Shown: one piece after another, positions 49,546-54,798 of the stretch
How positions within the stretch are numbered: position 1 is the first letter of the stretch
How the letters are laid out: each line of letters begins with the position of its first letter
NCBI RefSeq assembly: GCF_001447785.1
Contig: NW_015167529.1
Span: 702,413 to 757,210 of the forward strand
DNA: 54,798 nt
Direction: 5' to 3'
Source of the DNA: Gekko japonicus
Taxonomy: Eukaryota
The notes under the pieces: model-generated
Seen by the model: only the letters and a program-made list of their open reading frames with translations
Databases searched by the model: none
Told to the model about the DNA's origin: nothing
Made by a program: the position numbers and the translations under genes

Positions 49546-52500
49546 CTGAGGTTACAGAACATTCCAGAAGATAAAGATGAAGATGTAAAAAAAAAATGAC
49601 TAAAAGTTTGGCAACATATTTGGAAAAGGAGAGTACTCAAGATATCTTGGATGAGATAGACGTGGCCTATAGAATGCACTCAACTTATGCGAGAAGAAAC
49701 AAAATGCCCAGAGAAATCCATGTGAGATTCCACAAAAAAGTTATGAAAGATACCATCTTAAAAACTGCAAGTAAAAAGAGACTCCATGTACAAGACAGAA
49801 ATCCCAATTTTGAAGGAAATTCCATGGAGAGTGAGAGAAAAGAGAAGAAGTTACTCCCTACTGGAAAGACTACTAAGAGAGAATAGAATCACCTACAGAT
49901 GCCTGCTTCCTGAAGGTATCCTCTTCACCTTTCAAAGTAAAAGATACAGAATAAACTCGATATTTAAAGTAGAAGATTTTCTAAAAAAATATGGAGTAGA
50001 TTTGGGAGCCAAAGAAGAAGAGGAACAAGAGGAACAGGAGGAAAAGGAAGAAGAGGATCAGCAGGATAAAGGTGCAATAGGACCCAAAGTTGAGAAGATA
50101 AGGAAAAAGGCTAAGGAAATACCACGTATCATAATAACAAGGCTACAACAAAAGAATAGAACTGGAACCAAAGACAAAAACACACACTAAAGATGGATAG
50201 GAAGACGATAAAAATAATTTCCATTAATGTCAACGGATTGAAATGCTCCACAAAAAAAAGAAACATTTCAACAAATTAAGAAGATGCACGTAGATGTAGT
50301 ATGTTTACAAGAAACCTATATTAAATACTCAGATAAAAAATTATTTAGAAGCAAAAAAAATTGGAACTCTTTTTGGGTCAGCGGACAGACAAGGAAAAAA
50401 GAGAGGAGTGGCTACATATGTAAAAGAACATTTACATCCAGAATTGACATATGAATCATAAGATGGAAGAGTTGTGATAGTTAGAATACAGAGGCCAGCT
50501 AAAACGCTGATTGTCAATGTATATGCTACAAACCAACAAGAGGAAGAATTTTTTAAGGTCTTACAGAAAATTTTGTTAACCAAACTTATGAGGAACTATG
50601 TATTATTGGAGATTACAATACAGTATTTGATAAAAGTCTGGACAGACTTACAACTGACAGAACAGCACACGTTAGTGGATGCCTGGAGAATCAGAAATAT
50701 CAACAAAAAAGAATATACTTTTTTTTCAGCAAGACCTAAATCATGATCAAGACTGGACATGGCATGGCTATCAACCAATATGGTAAATGTTATCATAGAT
50801 GCAGAAATTCTCCCATTGACATTTGCAGATCATAATCCTTTGCTTCTAACTTCTGCAAAGAGAAGTCTTGCCTGTGGAAAAACAGATGGACAATGAATCT
50901 ATGGTTATTAAAAGACAGAATTTATTATGAGATCCAAAGAAGAATTTCAAGAATTTTTAAGGCAAATACTCAACCAGAGTCTTCCCAAGATATAATTTGG
51001 GATGCTTTTAAAGCCTATGTGAGAGGATGGTTCATTAGACAAATGAAAAAGAAGTAGAAATTCAGCCAGATTGAAGAACAAATTAAACAAGAGGAACTAA
51101 AGATGCATTCTGAACCTACAACAGAACAGTTTAGAGTAAAGATTAAGAATCTTCAACAACAACTCAACTGTATGCTGATGCAAGAAATAGCAAAGAAAAT
51201 AATGTATGCAAAACAAAACTATTTTGAAAATGCTAATAAACCTGCCAGATGATTAGCATAGAACCTACGGAAACAAGCAGAAAAGAAACACATAAAATCT
51301 TTAAAAAATAAAAAAGGTGAAGAGAAAAATACTCTTAAAGAAATAAAGGACATTGTAGAAAGGTTTTATAGCAACCTGTACTTAAAAGCAAGCTCCAATC
51401 AAGAACAGATTAGAGATTTTTTTACAAAAACATAACAAAAAGGAATTCACAGAAGACCAAAGGAAAAATTTCAAATGGTCCAATTTCCTTCTCAGAAATA
51501 ATAGAGGCTATTAAAAAACAGAAGAAGAAAACTCCAGGTCCAGATGTTCTACCTGCAGAATTTTACCAGATATTTGAAGATCAAATAGTACTACCATTGA
51601 AGAATACAATTCAAAATATATTTGAACAAAAGAAATTACCAGAGTCATGGAATCAAGCACTGATTACATCCTTATTAATAAAAGCGATTTGGGGTGGCCA
51701 CATAAAATGCACTCCCTCAGCCATTGGCCTGTCAGGGCCTCAGTAAATGCGCTCCCTCAGCCATTGGCCTGTCAGCGCCTCGGTCCCACCCACAGACCCA
51801 CCAACCAGCCTCTTGCCCACAGTCTGCGAGGAGCTGCCGGCGACGATGGATGCTTCTCCCAGGGGGACCAACTGGCCTCAGGGACGGGGGAGACAGCCGC
51901 ACTGTGCTCCCCTGGGCTGTGTGGCCTGCCTCAGGTAGTCCGCGGGACCTCCTTCTAGGGAGACGAGCAGGAGAAGGCTCCCAGAGTCCCCTCCCGCCCC
52001 TTCCTGGCCCACTCACAAGGGCCTGTGAGGGAGCATTTCAAAGCCTCCCCTTCCTTCTCTTGCCCGCACGCCCATACGGACGAGCAGGAGAAGACTCCCA
52101 GAGCCCCCTCCTGCCCCTTCCTGGCCTGCTTGCTAAGGCATGCGAGCCGGGAAGGGCCCAGGAGGGAGCAGGGGGGCATTTCGAGGACTCCTCCTCCTTG
52201 CTCCTGCCCGCCCACCGAGATGGATGAGCAGGAGAAGGCTCCCAGAGCCCCCTTCCACCCCTTCCTGGCTTGCTTGCCAGGGCATGTGAGCTGGGAAGGG
52301 CCCGGGAGGGAGTGGGGAGGCATTTCAAACCCTCCCCTTCCTTCTCCTACCCACATGCCCAGACGGACGAGCAGGAGAAGGCTCCCAGAGCCCCCTCCCA
52401 CCCCTTCCTGGCCTGCTCACCGGGGCAGGTGAGGCAGGGGGGCTTTTCAAGGCCTCCCCCTTGCTTCTCCTGCCCGCCCGCCGAGGCGCGTCACCAGGAC

Positions 52501-53670
52501 CCCACACTTGCCCAGGCCCTCTTTCTAGACCCTGTTGCATTCATCTCCACAACGGGGCTTTCTCCTAGTTAATACATAAAGCGGAAACAGAGGAAAGTGA
52601 AATTAAAAACTATCAACCAATCTCTCTTCTTAATGTAGACTATAAAATTTATGCATCCATTTTAGCAAACAGACTGAAAAAGGTCTTGTCTAAAATAATT
52701 CATCAGGATCAATCAGGATCCTTGCCAAAGAGACAAATGAGAAATAATGTGAGAACCATTCTGAATGTATTAGAATTTTTTGAAGCACACCCTGATAAAC
52801 AAATGGCACTATTCTTTTTGGATGCGGAAAAGGCCTTTGACAATCTTAATTGGTCTTTTATGTTGGAGCAACTGGTAACCTGGAAATGTGGAGAATATTT
52901 TTACACTATGGTAAAAGCAATATACACAATACAATCAGCAAGAATTATAGTGAACGGGGACCTCACACGAAATATTAATATTGGAAAAGGTACAAGACAA
53001 GGATGCCCATTATCCCCGCTTTTATTCATCTTTGCTTTGGAATAACTGAATAATATTATTAGAGAAGATGGTGAGATCAAGGGACTCAGACTCAAAGGAG
53101 AAGAGTATAAACTACAAGCATTTGCTGATGATTTGGTATTTATATTAGAAGATCCCCAGAAATCAATAGTTCAACTTCTACAAGTAATAAAAGAATATGG
53201 TTTGTATGCTGGCCTGAAAATAAACTTAAAAAAACCAAAACTATTGTTAAAAATTGCACTAAAGAGCAAGAACAAGTTATACAAAATGTTTTAGAAATGG
53301 AAGCAGGAAAAAAAAGCAAATATTTAGGTATAATAACCAACAAATACGGCTCACTGTATAAAGATAACTACATGCAGTTATTGGTAGAAATCAAAAGGGA
53401 TCTAGAAAGCTGGAAGCATATGCAATTATTATTTATGGGAAGAATAGCAACAGTTAAGATGAGTATCTTACCCAGATTGATCTTCCTGTTTCAGACAATT
53501 CCAATTATAAAAGAGCAAAAATATTTTAAAGAGCTAGAAAAGTTGACAAGAAAATTCATATGGGAATGGAAGAAGCTAAGAATTAAGCTAAAATTATTGC
53601 AAGATTCTAAGGAAAGAGGTTTGCATTACCAGATTGGAAATTATATTATAAAGTGGCTGCACTTTATTTT
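49546..53670 (+). mobile_element. Decayed L1-clade LINE: 5'-truncated ORF1 (to 50190) and ORF2 (from 50193) with APE and RT remnants
   Basis: ORF1 RRM-like IDVAYR...PREIHVRF; ORF2 KIISINVNGL, DVVCLQET, ADHNP, LDAEKAFD, GTRQGCPLSPLLF and AFADDL, with stops and frameshifts. Confidence 0.9.
51669..52568 (+). mobile_element. Non-autonomous Helitron (900 bp) inserted in L1 ORF2
   Basis: 5' TC, 3' CTAG, inserted between A and T with no TSD; subterminal hairpin CCCTGTTG..CAACGGGG (52530-52557); removal restores the ORF2 frame WNQALIT|LIHK; internal ~120-145-bp tandem repeats. Confidence 0.88.
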
Positions 53671-53746
53671 TTTTAAATAATTCTTCATTGTTTAATTTTA
53701 TAAAACATTCCATCACCAACACCACCCATATGCGACCTCCAGGCAA

Positions 53747-54534
53747 TTGTTGTTGTTGTTCAGTCGCACAGTCGAGTCCGACTCTTCGCGACCCCATGGA
53801 CCAGATCACGCCAGGCCTTCCTGTCTTCTGCCGTCCTCTGAAGTTGGCTCAATTTCATGTTCGTTGCATCGATGACACTGTCTAACCATCTCATCCTTTG
53901 CCGTCCCCGTCTTCTTTGACCTTCAATCTTTCCCAGCATCAGGGTCTTCTCCAGTGAGTGCTCCCTTCTCATTTGGTGGCCAAAGTATTTGAGCTTCAGT
54001 TTCATTATCTGGCCTTCCAGGGAACAGTCAGGGTTGATTTCTTTTAGGATTGATTGATTTCATCTTCTTGCAGTCCAAGGGACTCTCAAAAGTCTTCTCC
54101 AGCACCATAGTTCAAAAGAATCTATTCTTTGGCACTCAGCCTTCCTTATAGTCCAACTCTCTTCTTTGGTGCTCGGCCTTCCTTATAGTCCAACTCTCGC
54201 AGCCATACATGACTACTGGGAATACCATTGCTTTGACCATGCGGACTTTTGTTGGCAGGGTGATGTCTCTACTTTTTATCATGCTGTTTAGGTTCGCCAT
54301 CGCTTTCCTCCCAAGGAGCAGGCGTCTTTTAATTTCATGGCTGCTGTCACAGTCTGTGGTGATCTGGGATCCCAGGAACGTGAAGTCTGTCACTACTTCC
54401 ACGACTTCCCCTTCTATTTGCCAAGGAGTGATGGGGCTGGATGTCATGATCTTAGTTTTTTTGATGTTGAGCTTCAAGCCCACTATTGCGCTTCTCTTTT
54501 ATTCTGAGCGAGCAAGAGGCTCTTTAGGTCCTCC
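53747..54534 (-). mobile_element. RTE-BovB LINE 3' fragment
   Basis: Antisense RT/C-terminal peptides GLKLNIKKTKIM, EIKRRLLLGRKAM, VVMYGCESWT and LKYFGH..RR..SLEKTLMLGKIEG.RRRGRQRMRWLD; (CAA)n tail at 53747-53760; a small internal duplication near 54128-54198 breaks the frame. Confidence 0.92.
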
Positions 54535-54663
54535 NNNNNNNNNNNNNNNNNNNNNNNNNNNNNNNNNNNNNNNNNNNNNNNNNNNNNNNNNNNNNNNNNN
54601 NNNNNNNNNNNNNNNNNNNNNNNNNNNNNNNNNNNNNNNNNNNNNNNNNNNNNNNNNNNNNNN
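54535..54663. other. Assembly gap (N run)
   Basis: Run of N. Confidence 1.
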
Positions 54664-54798
54664 TAGATACATAAATAAAATTCCATACAGTATTATATCA
54701 CAATCAATCCAAGTACAACTCTATTGCTCTATTAAACTTCCATCTTAACCTCTCAATTTCCTATTAACTGACTAATCATCCCAATTTTTTAAAACTTT

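Noticed and set aside
51647-52572. Multiple Pro/Gly/Arg-rich ORFs on both strands
   Set aside because: They lie in the Helitron's internal tandem repeats and show no Rep/helicase or captured-gene signature

Overview
Eukaryotic genomic DNA from a squamate reptile, probably a gecko (inferred from Sauria SINE, Squam-type SINEs and BovB). There are two assembly gaps, 4765-5626 and 54535-54663. Two convergent protein-coding genes were reconstructed by hand. (1) A complete F3 (tissue factor) gene on the + strand: 6 coding exons from 7576 to 16865, 289 aa, with a CpG-island promoter carrying AP-1/AP-1/NF-kB/TATA and a 3' UTR ending near AATAAA at 17768. (2) ABCD3 (PMP70) on the - strand: exons 3-23 from 47128 down to the stop at 25980, 609 aa within the window; exons 1-2 were not found and probably lie beyond the right edge. 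This tail-to-tail arrangement matches known amniote synteny. The rest is a dense transposon landscape: hAT MITEs with 8-bp TSDs, SINEs, and a nested CR1/L1/Helitron/BovB cluster in ABCD3 intron 2. Apart from the exon and LINE fragments annotated below, the ORF track appears to be spurious. I found no convincing new protein-coding system. The best leads are a compact conserved F3 inflammatory promoter, a TF cytoplasmic tail with no Ser/Thr, a precisely delimited Helitron inside an L1, a modular hAT MITE family with swappable interiors, and several short locally copied sequence tracts.
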